Assembly: GCF_016432865.1 (NCBI RefSeq)
Contig: NC_067398.1
Coordinates: 712,752,001-712,816,000 of the forward strand
From: Antechinus flavipes
Lineage: Eukaryota
Reading direction: 5' to 3'
Length of the DNA: 64,000 bases
Shown: positions 1 to 12,201 of the stretch, piece by piece
Numbering within the stretch: the stretch's first letter is position 1
Layout: each line of letters opens with the position of its first letter
Translations under genes and position numbers: made by a program
The notes under the pieces: generated by a model
The model's database searches: none
The model's input: the letters and a program-made list of their open reading frames with translations, nothing else
What the model was told of the DNA's origin: nothing

Positions 1-1130
1 GTGGGAAGCGTCAGGACCGTTCTCCAAACCCTCAGAGGGTTCGGGAGATCAGAGCGGTCACCGTTACAATTATAATCGCGAATTTTGTGCATGACGGCAG
101 TGGTACCCAGCGGGCGGGGCCTCCAAGGACAACGGCTCTAGAACGACGCCTCTCACAAGTGGCCACTGAAGTCCTTGCCGGAAACCCTCCCGCCACGGGG
201 AGCTCATTACCTGTGGTCCGTCGCTCTGAGTTTGTCTTGACTCGGCTCAATGGATTAACTTTTTTTGGGCCTGGATTTCCCTAGTGGAGGGGACGGAGGA
301 GAGGAAAAAGCACTGATTCCAAAGAAACAATAAGACAGCCCGAGAGAACCGTGACCCCCGCAGCATATTTATCCTAATTAGAATAGTCTCACATCCTTAA
401 GCGGCTCTATTTGCCGAGGCACCTCGGAGGGTGTCGAGGAAAATAACCAAGTGACGTGGAGGCCGCTCTGAGAGCAAAGGCCCTTCGCCAACTTGTTAAT
501 GAGGGGGATACAAACTTCCTATGGGGAAGGAAAATCAGAGCCCTTCGGGCCGGGTTTTGTCGTTTCTTGGATACGGCTCCTTTCAGTATAATGGCCCCCC
601 CTGCCCAGGGGCAGGTCCCCACCTCCCTCCCACCTGGACTATCGTAGCAGCTGCTGGGGAAGGGTCTCTCTGTCCTAAGGCTCTCCCCCTCGCAGCCCAT
701 CCTCCATCCAGCGGCCAGAGTCCTCTTCCTACAGCTCAGATCTGATCGCGTCACTCAAGCTCCCGGGCCTCCAATGGCCTCCATGACCAGATACAAAGGC
801 CTGGGCTTTGCTTTTAAGGCCTTCACTCCCTGCTGAGAGTTTCCAGCCTTCTCCCATTTCACCCCCTCTTGACCTACACTCTGATTCCGGGCGGCCGGAT
901 GTCCCACTGGCTGCTTCTCGCCTGCCTTCCCACCCTCCCCACTGAGCCCTCAGCCGCACTTCCTGAAACTGGCTCCCAAAGTGGCTCCCACGTACGGGCC
1001 GAGAGTGCGCGTGGTATCTCCGTCAGGCTGTGAGCCGCCCCAGGGGAAGATGGTCGCGTTTGTTGGTCCTGGAGTGGCTCGTTTTGTATCTTCAGTGCTT
1101 GGCACAGTGACAGTGGATCACCGAACCTTG
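1..1130. promoter_or_regulatory. CpG-rich non-repetitive segment (regulatory candidate)
   Basis: CpG dinucleotides are retained throughout, unlike the CpG-depleted introns. No repeat similarity. Confidence 0.5.
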
Positions 1131-1180
1131 AGTGGGCACTCAGTGTTGGATAAGCTTTGTGCTGAGGGCTGGAGACGCAA

Positions 1181-1709
1181 AGATAGGGAGGGAAGGAGAG
1201 ACAGACTCACAGACAGACAGACAGACAGACGGAGAGAAACACAGAGAGAGACAGACACACAGATACAGAGACAGACAGAGAGACAGAGACAGAAAGGAAG
1301 GGAGGGAGAGACAGACACACAGACAGACAGAGAGAAACACACAGAGAGACAGATACACAGATACAGAGACAGACAGACAGAGACAGAGACAGAAAGGAAG
1401 GGAGGGAGAGACAGACACACAGACAGATAGACAGAGAGAAACACACAGAGAGACAGATACACAGATACAGAGACAGACAGACAGAGACAGAGACAGAAAG
1501 GAAGGGAGGGAGAGACAGACACATAGAGAGACAGAGAGAGAGAAACACACAGAGACATACAGAGAGAGACAGAGCCAGAGACAGAGAAGAGAGAGATAGA
1601 AAGAAAGAAGGAAAAGAAAAAAAGAGGAAGGAAGGAAGGAAGAAAGGAACAAATGAACAAACAAACAAAAGAAGCAAGAGAGGAAAGGAGAGAAGAAGGG
1701 AGGGAGGGA
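1181..1709. repeat. Compound AGAC/AG/GGAA purine-rich simple repeat with ~100-bp higher-order period
   Basis: agaaaggaagggagggagagacagacacac recurs at 1291, 1391 and 1495. It explains the long low-complexity ORFs at 981-1771. Confidence 0.95.
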
Positions 1710-1865
1710 GGGGCAGCTAGATGGTACAGTGATAGAGCATTGATCCTAAAGTCAGGAAGGCCTGAATTCAAATCCAGCCACAGGCACTCAACACTTACTA
1801 GCTATGAGACCCTGGGCGAGTCACTTAACCCCAATTGCCTCACAGAAACAACAACAAAAAAGAAA
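1710..1865 (+). mobile_element. WSINE1-type marsupial tRNA/CORE SINE
   Basis: ggggcagctagatggtacagt head, gaattcaaatcc B-box-like segment, gtcacttaaccccaattgcctca end and an A-rich tail. Confidence 0.85.
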
Positions 1866-2099
1866 GATCAGAAATAATCAGGGTTATAGGAAAAAAAGAC
1901 ATATGAGTACCTCCCTGATGACATGGCTTGGTCCAACCACTCTAGAAAACACCTGTGAGTTAGAATGGGGAGGAAAGCACCAAACCATTTAACCCATATG
2001 TGACACCCATGGTCTGTGTAATCTCATACAGATCATTTAACCCTTTTCCCTCAAGGCAGTTCTCTCAAACTCAGGGCAGTAACTAGGACGGGACAAGGA

Positions 2100-3560
2100 G
2101 GGCTTCGTTCCGGGCATCCCCATTTAAAGGACACTGACGGAGCCATCCAGCGCGTACTTCCCTCCCCTGCATGACCGCCTCACACACCCTTCACCCCTAG
2201 GAATGGTCAGTTCCGGGGCAGTGTAGAGCACCTTTGGTGTCCTGGAGGAAGGTGTAGACATCTCCCTCCTAGCCACACCCAGCTGACAGCTCTGCCCGGC
2301 CCCAGGCACAAAACTCCCTAGTTCTGATTTCGCAGCCTTCTGCAATCCCCGTGAATGGCTAGAAAGAACCTCGGAGGTCCTGGAACCCACTGCTTGTTTC
2401 CCTCCTCGTCAAAAACTTGGGCCAGGGAGATAATAAACGTTTGGCCCGGATCTCACAGACAGAGTTCCCGATCTAGGGCGAAGAAGGGAATTTCTACGAG
2501 ATACATCTGTGAAATATGGTCCGTACGTTTGTGAGATCACAGATATGGAACAAAAAAGAAAATTCGAAAGCAAAAGCGACCCAAGAGAGCCAGAAACGGA
2601 GAGTGCCTTCCTTCCGAGCGGGGATGCGCGGACACAAGCCGCTTAAATCTGCCCAGGTCCTGTTTGCTCACGCAGGCAGTCGCGCCCATTGAGTCATTCG
2701 GACAGAAGAGACAGAGCCTGACAACGATTATCTGGTAAAACTCTGTAAAAAGGCCCATAAATATTGAAAGGAAACAATGGAGCTCACTCTCTCCTGTCCA
2801 CAGTCGGACAGGAGCGGCCCCCAGAAGTACCCGGGATAAATCACGCCTTCCCGCTGCCTTCACTTCCCTGAATTACAAGGTTACCGGATGAAGAGAACGG
2901 AGCAGATTGATGGACCCCGAGCCCCATAAAGCAGCGGAGACCACGGCTTGTGAAACTTTACTTACCAGCCTCGTTCTGGCCCCGAGGGACCGTGAGCGAT
3001 TAGCCACGCCGGTGAGGACGGGTCACCGAACGTCCCCCGTCTCCCCCAGTCATCTGGAGGAAGGAGTAGAGAGCGTCTCGGCTGAGGTAGGGGACGGGAG
3101 CGATCTGCCGGGGTGTCCAGAGTCCAGAGCGGGGGCCTGGCCTGGTCACGGACCAGCTGCTTGGACCTCAGCTTTGACGTGTGTCAAAGGGGGATGAACG
3201 AATGAAAATGTATTTGTTAAGGGCTTGTTCTGGGCCAAGTGTTGTGCCGAGCCCTGGAGAGAGAAACACGATAATGAGACAGTCTCTGCTCTTAGGAGAT
3301 TCCCATTCTGTCTGGGGGGACACAGGAGGGCTCAGCAGCAAGAAGCCTGACGAGGTTCCGGAGTCCCGAGGGTGCTTCGGTACGGCCGTGATGAGCCCCC
3401 ATCGTCCTCCGTCTCAGCAGGACCGAGCGTCGACACCGTTTAAGCAGCCATGAGGAGAGCGGGCTAAGGGGGATGCCCTGGGACGAAGCCCTCGTTGTCC
3501 CATCCTAGTTACTGCCCTGGCCGTTGTGGAGCACTGGGAGAGGGGAGAGGGGCGGGAAGC
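2100..3560. promoter_or_regulatory. CpG-rich island-like segment with TF motif cluster
   Basis: High CpG density. TGAGTCA at 2690, CCCATAAA at 2754 and 2923, AACAATG at 2773, AGATTGATGG at 2904. Confidence 0.5.
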
Positions 3561-3650
3561 ACCCACGGCTCCCTCTGGGGAGCTGAGCCCTGGGAACCAC
3601 AGAGATTGGGCTGGATTTGCTTCCATCACTGATCTCACAGAAACCATGGC

Positions 3651-3765
3651 ACCATTTTACAGCTGAGGGAAGGAAGGCTCAAGGCACTTGGGCAAGGTCA
3701 CACAGGTAGTAAGTGACAAAGCGAGGATTCAAAACCAGGTCTACTGACTCCAAGCCCATTGCTGC
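3651..3765 (-). mobile_element. MIR fragment
   Basis: ccattttacagctgagg...aaggtcacacaggtagtaagtg...ggattcaaaaccaggtc matches the reverse of the MIR core. Confidence 0.7.
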
Positions 3766-3834
3766 TGCCACCGTGGTGCTGTTAGGGGAATGCTGGCTAA
3801 TTTGTAAACTAAGAGTCAGGTGGGCAATAATATT

Positions 3835-4046
3835 CTTGACCATATTATCCATGGGCATTTCTTGGCAGATACTGGAGGGGTTGGCCATTTCCTTCTCCAG
3901 CTCATTTTACAGATAAGGAAACTGAGGCAAACTGGGTTGAAGTGATTTACCCAGGATCACCCAGTTAGAGTTTGAGGCAGATCTGAATTCAGGTCTTCCT
4001 GACTCCAAGCTCAGTGTTCTATCTAACTACACCACCCAGCCGCCTC
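3835..4046 (-). mobile_element. Mar1-type SINE (CORE with RTE-derived tail)
   Basis: ttcttggcagatactggag...ttggccatttccttctccagctcattttacagataaggaaactgaggcaaac signature. Confidence 0.8.
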
Positions 4047-4180
4047 CAAACCGTCAGGTACTACTGCAACAGGCCCTATCTACAGGGAGTCTGCATTCTA
4101 ATGAGAAGACAGAACAAAGAAAGGGGAAGGAAAGAGAGAGAGAACCAGGGCTCCCCGTGCATGTTAGAGAACGTACAGAA

Positions 4181-4300
4181 GGAAGGGAATCTTAGAACGG
4201 AGAATGTCAGAGCTGAAAGAAGCCTTAGAACAGGAGATGTCAGAGCTGGGAGAAGCCTTAGAACAGGGGATGTCAGAGCTGGGAGAAGCCTTAGAATGTC
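4181..4300. repeat. 33-bp minisatellite, ~3.5 copies (AGCCTTAGAACAGGRGATGTCAGAGCTGGGAGA)
   Basis: Unit starts at 4221, 4254 and 4287 (period 33). Confidence 0.9.
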
Positions 4301-4388
4301 TAAGTGGATGTCAGAGTGGGAGGAACCAGCTAACCCAAGCATTTTATGGTTAAGAGAACTGAGACTTTCCATGGAAAGACACAGGCAA

Positions 4389-4472
4389 GAGCACCAGTCC
4401 CCGAAGTCAGGACAACCCGAGTTCAAATCTGGCCTCGGACACTTAACACTTCCTAGCTGTGTGACCCTGGGG
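4389..4472 (+). mobile_element. WSINE1-type SINE, partial, running into an assembly gap
   Basis: gagttcaaatctggcctcggacacttaacacttcctagctgtgtgaccctggg. Confidence 0.8.
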
Positions 4473-4703
4473 NNNNNNNNNNNNNNNNNNNNNNNNNNNN
4501 NNNNNNNNNNNNNNNNNNNNNNNNNNNNNNNNNNNNNNNNNNNNNNNNNNNNNNNNNNNNNNNNNNNNNNNNNNNNNNNNNNNNNNNNNNNNNNNNNNNN
4601 NNNNNNNNNNNNNNNNNNNNNNNNNNNNNNNNNNNNNNNNNNNNNNNNNNNNNNNNNNNNNNNNNNNNNNNNNNNNNNNNNNNNNNNNNNNNNNNNNNNN
4701 NNN
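4473..4703. other. Assembly gap (231 N)
   Basis: Run of N. Confidence 1.
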
Positions 4704-5459
4704 GCAAAAATCCAAAACACCAAACTTGAGGTGGCCCAGCCTAATTTATCCATATAATTACCCTAGCTTGTATAGCTATAGCCTCATGAAGGCTGCTTTC
4801 ACACTTCCCATAATTCCTTGTTTTTTCAGGTTTATGTCTGGGGTCCCTCCGCATGGACAAAGTCTTCCCCCTCCCTAAAAGGGCTGGGGAGAAGATTCTT
4901 TTTTGACCAACCCATAGCATAGTGTGGTCTCGCTCAGGGCCCCTTCAGACTAACCTTGCTTGAGACAAGTCCCATATCCCCAAATATGTAACCTGGCCAG
5001 CCTCACAGCCGGGAAAGGGCAGAGTAGAAATGGAAACGTGGGTCTCCTGGGGTTGCCATCCACACTAACTCAAGGCCCTTTTGGGTCTAGACATTCAAGG
5101 CTGAACTTTGGATAAAATGAAAAAAAAAATACCACCATCCACAACTCAATTCAGACACTTATTAAAACAAAACAAATTATGTACAAATTATTATGAAAGT
5201 GAGGAGGTCCAGGGCTTCTCTTGTGTATCTCAAAGTCTAGAAGGGGACTCTGCCATTGAATCCCATCTAAGGCAACAATGAGAAGGCAAAATATAATGAA
5301 TATATTTAAGAGCACAGAGAGTGCTATGAAGGGCAACCTTACTTCCAGGCGGGAAGAAGCAAGAAAGGCTTCAAGGAAAAGGTGACATTTGCATGTGACT
5401 GGGGGAGGGAGGTTACAGGGAAGGGTAAGTCACCGATGAAAGACAGCCGAGAGTGTATG

Positions 5460-6070
5460 GGTGACACATGGGCAAGGATGTTCATGGCGGCCCTTTTTAT
5501 AGTTGCAAGGAACTGGAAACTGAGTGGCTGCCCAACAGTTAGAGAATGGCTGAATAAATCATGATCTATGAATGTTCTGGAATATTGTTGTTCGGTAAGA
5601 AATGACCAGCAGGAGGATTTCAGAGAGGCCTGGAGAGACTGACAGAAACTGATGCTGAGTGAAATGAGCAGAATCAGGAGATCACTTTACACGGCAACAA
5701 CAAGACTATACGATGATCAATTCTGATGGACGTGTCTCTTTTTACCCATGAGATGATTCAGGCCAGTTCCAATGATCTTGTGAAGAAGAAAGCCATCCAC
5801 ACCCAAAGAGAGAACCATGGGGACTGAGTGTGTATGAGCACAACATAATATTTTCACTCTTTTTGTTGTTTGCATTTTGTTTTCTTTCTCATTTTTTCCT
5901 TTTTGATCTGATTTTTCGTGTGCAGCTTGATAACTGTGGAGGTATGTATGGAAGGATTGCACATGTTTAACATGGATACTTGCTGTCGGCAGGGAGAAAA
6001 ATTGGGATAAATGTCAAAAACTCTCTTTGCATGTATTTTGAAAATAAAAACTATTATTTAAAAAGAAAAA
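5460..6070 (+). mobile_element. Marsupial L1 3' end (ORF2 C-terminus and 3' UTR)
   Basis: Translates as ARMFMAALFIVARNWKLSGCPTVREWLNK (L1 ORF2 C-terminal), followed by typical 3' UTR and an AATAAA/A-rich tail. Confidence 0.9.
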
Positions 6071-6124
6071 ATTATTGGGGTCAAGAAAAAAAATAGTTTG
6101 TGAGTCAAAAGCCAGAAATTACCT

Positions 6125-6265
6125 GTTAGACCACCTAGTCCAAAACCCTTATGTTACAGATCAGGAAAGAGACCAATAGGGTTAAGTGACTTGCCCAGCT
6201 AGCAGAAATCTGAAGCCAGAGTTGGATTGGGGTCCTCCCTAACTCCAGGCCCAGCACTCTTAGCT
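6125..6265 (-). mobile_element. MIR fragment
   Basis: ctagtccaaaacccttatgttacagatcaggaaa...gggttaagtgacttgcccagc. Confidence 0.65.
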
Positions 6266-6299
6266 GCCCAAGACTTTGATTCTTGAAAGAAATACATAC

Positions 6300-6625
6300 T
6301 ATTGTCAGATAAATGGTCTACACAGCAGTGAAGCATAGGTCTGACAATGTCACTCTTTTGCTCAGGAGTCATCAATAGCTCCCTCTGGTCATTGTAAGCC
6401 TCTCTTTTTGGCATTTAAAGCCCCAAGTGACTTTATTTGTGCTTACTTACCTCTATACATTATTTACTCCATGCCTCCCTCACAAACTGGTTTCTTTTTT
6501 TAATATTTAAATATTTCCCTTGGAATATAAACTGAGAGAAGAGTTTGCTTTCTATGTTGTTTACACGTCCCCAGTACTTAGCCCTTCATGCTTTCCACGT
6601 AGGAAATGATTGCTGAACTGAACTG
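6300..6625 (+). mobile_element. L2 3' fragment
   Basis: gtctgacaatgtcactcttttgctcagg...caatagctccct...ggcatttaaagccc, ending in a tgaactgaact tail. Confidence 0.6.
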
Positions 6626-8834
6626 GAGATCGTTCTGCCAAGAGTATGAACGATGAACTGAGTGGCAGGGAGAAAGAGAGGACAGGCGGGAAGACCTGTA
6701 GTGGATGATTATGGTAATCGTCTCCTTGGGATGCAGCAGAGGAAGTGGAAAGAGCTTCTTTCTAGCTCTGGTGTTGAGGACCTGGACTCCAATCCTATTC
6801 CTTCCAGTTCTAGAAGGATAATCCCATGATGGACCAAAATGGGGTCATGAGAGAATGTCCCAGAATGGCAGATGGGAAAACTGAGAGGCTTTATCGTTGG
6901 AATTAATAGGACCTGGTACCTGATTGGGTCTGACAGGGCTGAACATAAATTCCAAGGTTTTAACCATGAGAGATCAGCCCTTGGTGAATGGCGGGGCTAC
7001 CGGGAAAAAGAAAGAAGGAAATGAGAGGACCAAGTCTGGGAGACAAAGATTACTGAGCATCTGTTGGGGTGACCAATTAGTAGATGATTTTGCCCTTAAG
7101 GGATAGGGTGTCCAGTCAGAAGGAAAAAGAATGCACATCTAAAAAGTGGAGCAACAGAATGAACCCGAGGTGCCTAAAAAGGGAGTGACTCAAAATAAAG
7201 ATGACACGAGTCTTGGGAAGTAGCATGGGACCGTGTGAAGAGCATGTTGGGTATGTGGTATACATGTAAACTCTTTACTAATGGAGGAGAAAGAGGCTGA
7301 TGGACGGTTTGAGTTCAGGGGTTCTGGGCTAAAGTCAGTCGGGTGTCCACAGTAAGTCTGGGATGATACAGTGAGCCCCCCGAGTACAAAGAGTTCTGGG
7401 GAAAGGAAGGCAAAACAAAGGGAGGGGAGGAAAAGGAAGGGAAGGGAAGGGGAGAGGAGGGAAAGGAAAACGAGGGAAAAGAAAAAATTACCAGAGAAGG
7501 GACATATGAAAGGAAAAATGGAGCAGGTTAAAATTTTTGTACCTGTCAGCATTGGGATAGGTTTTGTGACTGGTCAATCAATGTCATTCAAACTGAGGTG
7601 AGATAGGGAGACTTATTCTCCAAAAAAAGAAGGAAAAAAGAATGAACTATGGTTCTGCTATTCAAATATCACCAATGACTTTTACTACCTGCATAGTCTT
7701 TCACTTAACATTTTTGAGCCTCAGTTTCCTCTTTTGTAAAATAGGAATGATGGATTGGATAGTCTCTGATATCCCAGCTCCTGATGTAGGATCCAGTGGT
7801 CCCATAAGGTAGCATGATGTGATGAACAGAAAGGTGAATCAAGAAACTGAGTTCAAACCATACTTTGGAATAGAACCACCAAAGGTTCTATTCCCAGAAT
7901 AGAACCTGGAGGTTCTGAGGTTGCTTCCAGAAGGGGAGGAGGGAAATTCTCAACCAGACAAGGGAGGGAATTGATCATAAAGATAAAAAGAGATAATTTC
8001 TATCATATGAATTTAAAAAAATAATTTTGTATAAACAAAATCAATGCAGCTAAAGTAAGAAGAGAAATTGTTTGGGGAAAATCTTTTTCTGTAATTTTGC
8101 CTTGACTATATAACAGCTTAATAGCTGTGTGACCATGAGCAAGTCACTTAACCTGAGTCTGTTTCCTCATCTGCAATACAATACAGATTATAAAAATGGC
8201 AAATGTTATTATGGAAGATGTACTATAAGGGAGAGAAACAAAGACTACTTATGGCCAAATCTGGAAAGGGCAATTTGTGGATGGAGTCCTTCTTTCTGTT
8301 ATTCCCATCACCAAGATCAGAAGCAGCTCGAGGAGCCAGATCTTGCCTGACCTATCAGTACTACTCCCCAAGGAGTCACCGTCTCCTATCTCTGGCGGCC
8401 TCTGGCATCCCGGCTGGTCAGACTCCCTGGCGGTAAATGCACTTCGGATCATCCCCGCTTTGATTTATGGGGGCTGCAAAAATTCCGGAAATCACAAAAG
8501 CCTCTAATGCAATGTCTCTGGATTAGATGTGATTCACATAGATTCAGCTCCCGGGACATTCCCTATACATTCCACAGCTGACACACTGCATTTTAGGTAC
8601 TGATTTGTTGGTCACAGGAAAAAAGGAAAGAAGTCAGGGGTAGCTCAGGGCATTCCAACTGGTTTCAGGTTCCATGGGGAGTCGGGGACAAAAGAGAATC
8701 ATGAACCATGACAGGCAGGAGATAATGAAAGCAACGACCACAAAAATAAAGTAAAATTATCACAAACTCCCATTTCTACTGGTTATAAGGTGCTTTCACA
8801 GACACAAAATTAGAGAGTTTGATGAGACATCCAC

Positions 8835-9065
8835 ATTGGACACTCCATTGTGTTATCTCCAATGAGTGGCCTTTGAGTTACTGCTTGAAAATCTCCCCCA
8901 AGAAGGGGAGTTCACTAGCTTCAGAGGCAGCCCATTTCACTATGGAACATCTCCCCTCAGGAAGAAGTTCGTCCTTAGATCAAGCTTAAATCCACCTTTC
9001 TTAAACTTCCCCTCATTATTCCTAGTCTGCCCTGGAGAAAGCCTGAACTTTCCTCCCCACACATA
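8835..9065 (-). mobile_element. L3/CR1 fragment
   Basis: ggggagttcactagcttcagaggcagcccatttcac...aggaagaagttcgtcctt matches the reverse of the CR1 3' region. Confidence 0.7.
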
Positions 9066-9309
9066 AAAACCACAAGTCGAAGATCGATGAGTAAGTCAAA
9101 GGCTTGTTGGATTTTCTTCCTTGGAAATCGTCATCTGGAGCTCATGTTGATTAAACGTTAGTCCAACTAGAACTTTATGAAAAGTGCAGGTAGTATAAAT
9201 GTAACCTTAGCAGATGCTGGTGTCTTATAGAGAGGGCAGGGGACCGGCCCTTTCCTTTCTAGCCTCTTTCACTCTGGAAATGTCATTGGCCACAACCTGT
9301 TACAATGGG

Positions 9310-9460
9310 TGCTTGTTGTCCTTTGAGTTTGAAGAGGACCAAAATGACATCACGGTTTCTGACTGACCAGAGCAACACGAGTTCAGGTCAGGCGCAAATT
9401 GTCCACGTGAACAATCACAACTGCTCACAGTTGTTAGGAAAATTCCTAATGTTTAAGCAA
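9310..9460 (-). mobile_element. WALLSI/RTE-related SINE 3' fragment
   Basis: ttgttgtcctttgagtttgaagaggaccaaaatgacatcac terminus. Confidence 0.55.
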
Positions 9461-9844
9461 AGGTCTGGCTCTCTGCCTTAAATTTATATTTATTTGTAGC
9501 TAACCCCTGAAGTCTGTGGTTGAGGCAAAATTCAGGCTACCATAAATGTTTGGGTAAAAAGTGAGCAGAATATAGTATTCTGTCTGTTAATGGACACTCC
9601 ATTAGAGGAGAAGTTCAGAAAGACCGAGAACTTTTCTTGATTTTAAAGATGAGTCCTTCAGGAGAGGGGTTAGACAGGTAGTCTCTGCCTGACTCTTCTG
9701 CTGTAAAATACCTGGACAGTACTCCTCGTTCTCTCCCTTCTCTGCCCCTGTTCAGTCCTTTTTCTCCTTTATCTTTTCACCTACTTGTAGTCAGTTCTTT
9801 TTGGTTCATCTCTTAAGGTCTCCACTGCTGAGTTCCAAACAAAA

Positions 9845-10265
9845 GATCATAGATTTAGAGCTGGAAGCAACCTAAGGGACAATCTAGTCTGATCCCTTAA
9901 TTTCACAAAGGAAGAGAGTGAGTTTCTGAGAAGACAGAGTGATCGATTTGGAAATTTTAGTTCAAACTTGTCTCAGACAACTACTATTTTTGTAAACATG
10001 GTCAAGTCAGTTAATATGTCTCTCAATCTCAGTTTCCTCATCTGTTGAATGGGACTACCCTTCAGGGTTGTTTGGATGATCAAACTATTTGTAAGGATTT
10101 TGAACCTTAGAATGCTATATAGATGTTAATTACTGTCCAATGTCACAGAGTAGTAAATGGCAGAGTCAAGATTTGAATCTAGGTCTGATTCAAGATCCAG
10201 TTCTCTTTAGATTACTACATGTTTCCCAGTACCTGGTATATAGTAGGCACCTAATAAATGTTTAT
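9845..10265. mobile_element. Cluster of MIR fragments, both orientations
   Basis: gatcatagatttagagctggaagc; ctcagtttcctcatctgttgaatggg; gtaaatggcagagtcaagatttgaatc. Confidence 0.6.
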
Positions 10266-10404
10266 TTGGTTTTGTCCACAATGAATGGATAGTCATGATG
10301 GTTTCAATTATTGGCAAATTCATTCACTAGTTTTGAGTGTGGTGTGACTGGGGCCTGTCCCCAGGTTCCATACCTATCTTGGCACAAATATGGGAACAGA
10401 CACT

Positions 10405-10600
10405 TGATCTATGTTTTTACTAGTCCAGAGGGTTTCCAGGTGAAGAAATTCCCCTCTTGATCCTAAGAAATTCTTAGAGGGCACCTTCTCTGCAATTTAT
10501 AATAGTAGACTAAATAGACTTGCCTAGATATCAAGAGATTTGGTCACTTGCCTAGGACTACCCAATTGGAGTGTGTCACAGACAAGATTGACCGCACAAC
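10405..10600 (-). mobile_element. MdoRep1/Mar3-like marsupial CORE SINE fragment
   Basis: ccaggtgaagaaattcccctc...gcaccttctctgcaatttata...ggtcacttgcctagg. Confidence 0.45.
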
Positions 10601-10934
10601 TTCAAAGCTAGCCGGCTTTTTACTATTAGATATTACTTCTCATGGTGTAGGTAAAGAAAAAACAGAAAGCAAAACATCCAAAACAATTACTGAATGTGAT
10701 AGTGTAGAAATTATCTGGTCCAAAAGCATCCATCTTTCTGTAGTAAGGGGAGAAACATGCATCATTATCTGTTTTCCAGGATTTTCAGGGGGCTTTTTTT
10801 TCAGTTACTCCTAATTCTATCTCTTAGTTAACTTCTCATTTATTTCATTGTAGTCATTGTACAGCTCTTTTGATGGTTTTATTGTATATTCATTAGTATA
10901 CATCTTCCCATGTTTCTCTTAATTATTGATATTC

Positions 10935-12050
10935 ATCATTTGGAACTGTTCCCTCTTTATCCTAAAAAAAAAAAACCTTCACTTAAGCCTTCCATTCCTT
11001 CTAAATGCAGTTCTATTTCTCTTCTGCCCTTGGGAGCTAAACTCTTCAAAAAGACATCTACAAGGGGGACTTTCACTTTCCCTCCTTTCACTCTCGTCTT
11101 AATCTCCTACAATCCAGCTTTTCTCCCCATCATCGCACCACCACTACGCTCTCCAAAGTTACCAATGACCTCTTAATTGCCAAATCCAATGGCCTTCTCA
11201 CCATCCTGACTCTCCTTGACCTGCCTGCGGATCCTGTTGTCCACTCTCTTCAGTACCATCTTCTCTCTAGTTTTTCAGAATGTCCTCTTCTCTTCCCTCT
11301 GCTCCTTCTCTGTCTCCTTAGCTAGATCCTCTTCCAGATCCCACCCTCATACCATAGGTGCTCCTCAGGTGCCCTCTTCTCTTCTCCCTCAGTTCTATGG
11401 GTGATCTCATCAGTTCCCATAATTCCCATCTCTATATTAAAGAGCCTCAATTCTGCCTTTCATGCTCCTATCCCTTTGCAGAACCATAATCTCCCATCTC
11501 CAACTGCCTTTTGTCTATCTCAAACTGGATGTCAAGTAGACATCTTCACCTCCGTATGTCCAAAACAGAACTATCTTTTCTCACAAAGTCCATCACCACC
11601 TCTACCTTCCTGTTACTGCAGAGGGCAACATCCTCCTCCCAGTCCCCCAGAGTCCCTTCCTTGGGGTCATTCTGGACTCCTATCTCTCACTTGTCTTACC
11701 CAATATGGTGCCCCAACTTGTCCACTTCTGCAACTTCTCCCCAATATAACACTTCCCTTCTTGTCAGAGTCTACTTCCCCTTCCCTCTCTTGCAAGCCCA
11801 CCTCACCTTCTCATCACCTCAATTAGACCATTACAACGGCTGTCGTTGGGTCCGCCTGCCGCCTGTCTCTCTCCACTCCAATCCATCTCCCATTAAACAA
11901 GTGGTCTTCCTAAAAATCAAGTTTAACCCAATGAGCTCCAGCGGCTCCTTACTGCCTATTGACTTCAAAGCCCTTCTTTCCTGTCTTCTTGCACCTTACA
12001 GCCAACACATACTCTCTGGCTGGTCATGGAAGTAGCCATTCAGTGATCTC
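10935..12050 (+). mobile_element. L2 LINE ORF2 (RT) remnant
   Basis: Degenerate RT peptides KKPSLKPSIPSKCSSISLLPLGAKLFKK and ISNWMSSRHLHLRMSKTEL, with frameshifts and stops. Confidence 0.85.
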
Positions 12051-12201
12051 TCTGGGCCTCTTTCTGCAGAGTCCACATGACTCCTTGTCAGGGATGTCAT
12101 GGTGTGAGTCATTACGCAGGCTCAGGGTGGATCTGAGGGCTCCCTCAGCTCTGAGATTTGGTGTAAGCCATTCTGTCGTAGAACTCCTGAGGAGAGTGGG
12201 G

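Noticed and set aside
981-1771. Long ORFs (149-217 aa) on both strands
   Set aside because: They are translations of the AGAC/AG simple repeat (RQT/ETD or SLSVC runs), not genes.
4181-4300. 33-bp repeats as a CRISPR array
   Set aside because: The units are contiguous with no unique spacers, there are no cas genes, and the DNA is mammalian.
4014-4757. 247-aa and 225-aa ORFs with repeated RTGDVRAGRSL
   Set aside because: They are open only because they cross the 33-bp (11-codon) minisatellite, a SINE and an N gap.
4704-4990. Possible LTR or ERV fragment after the first gap
   Set aside because: No TG...CA ends, PBS, PPT or recognisable family similarity could be established.
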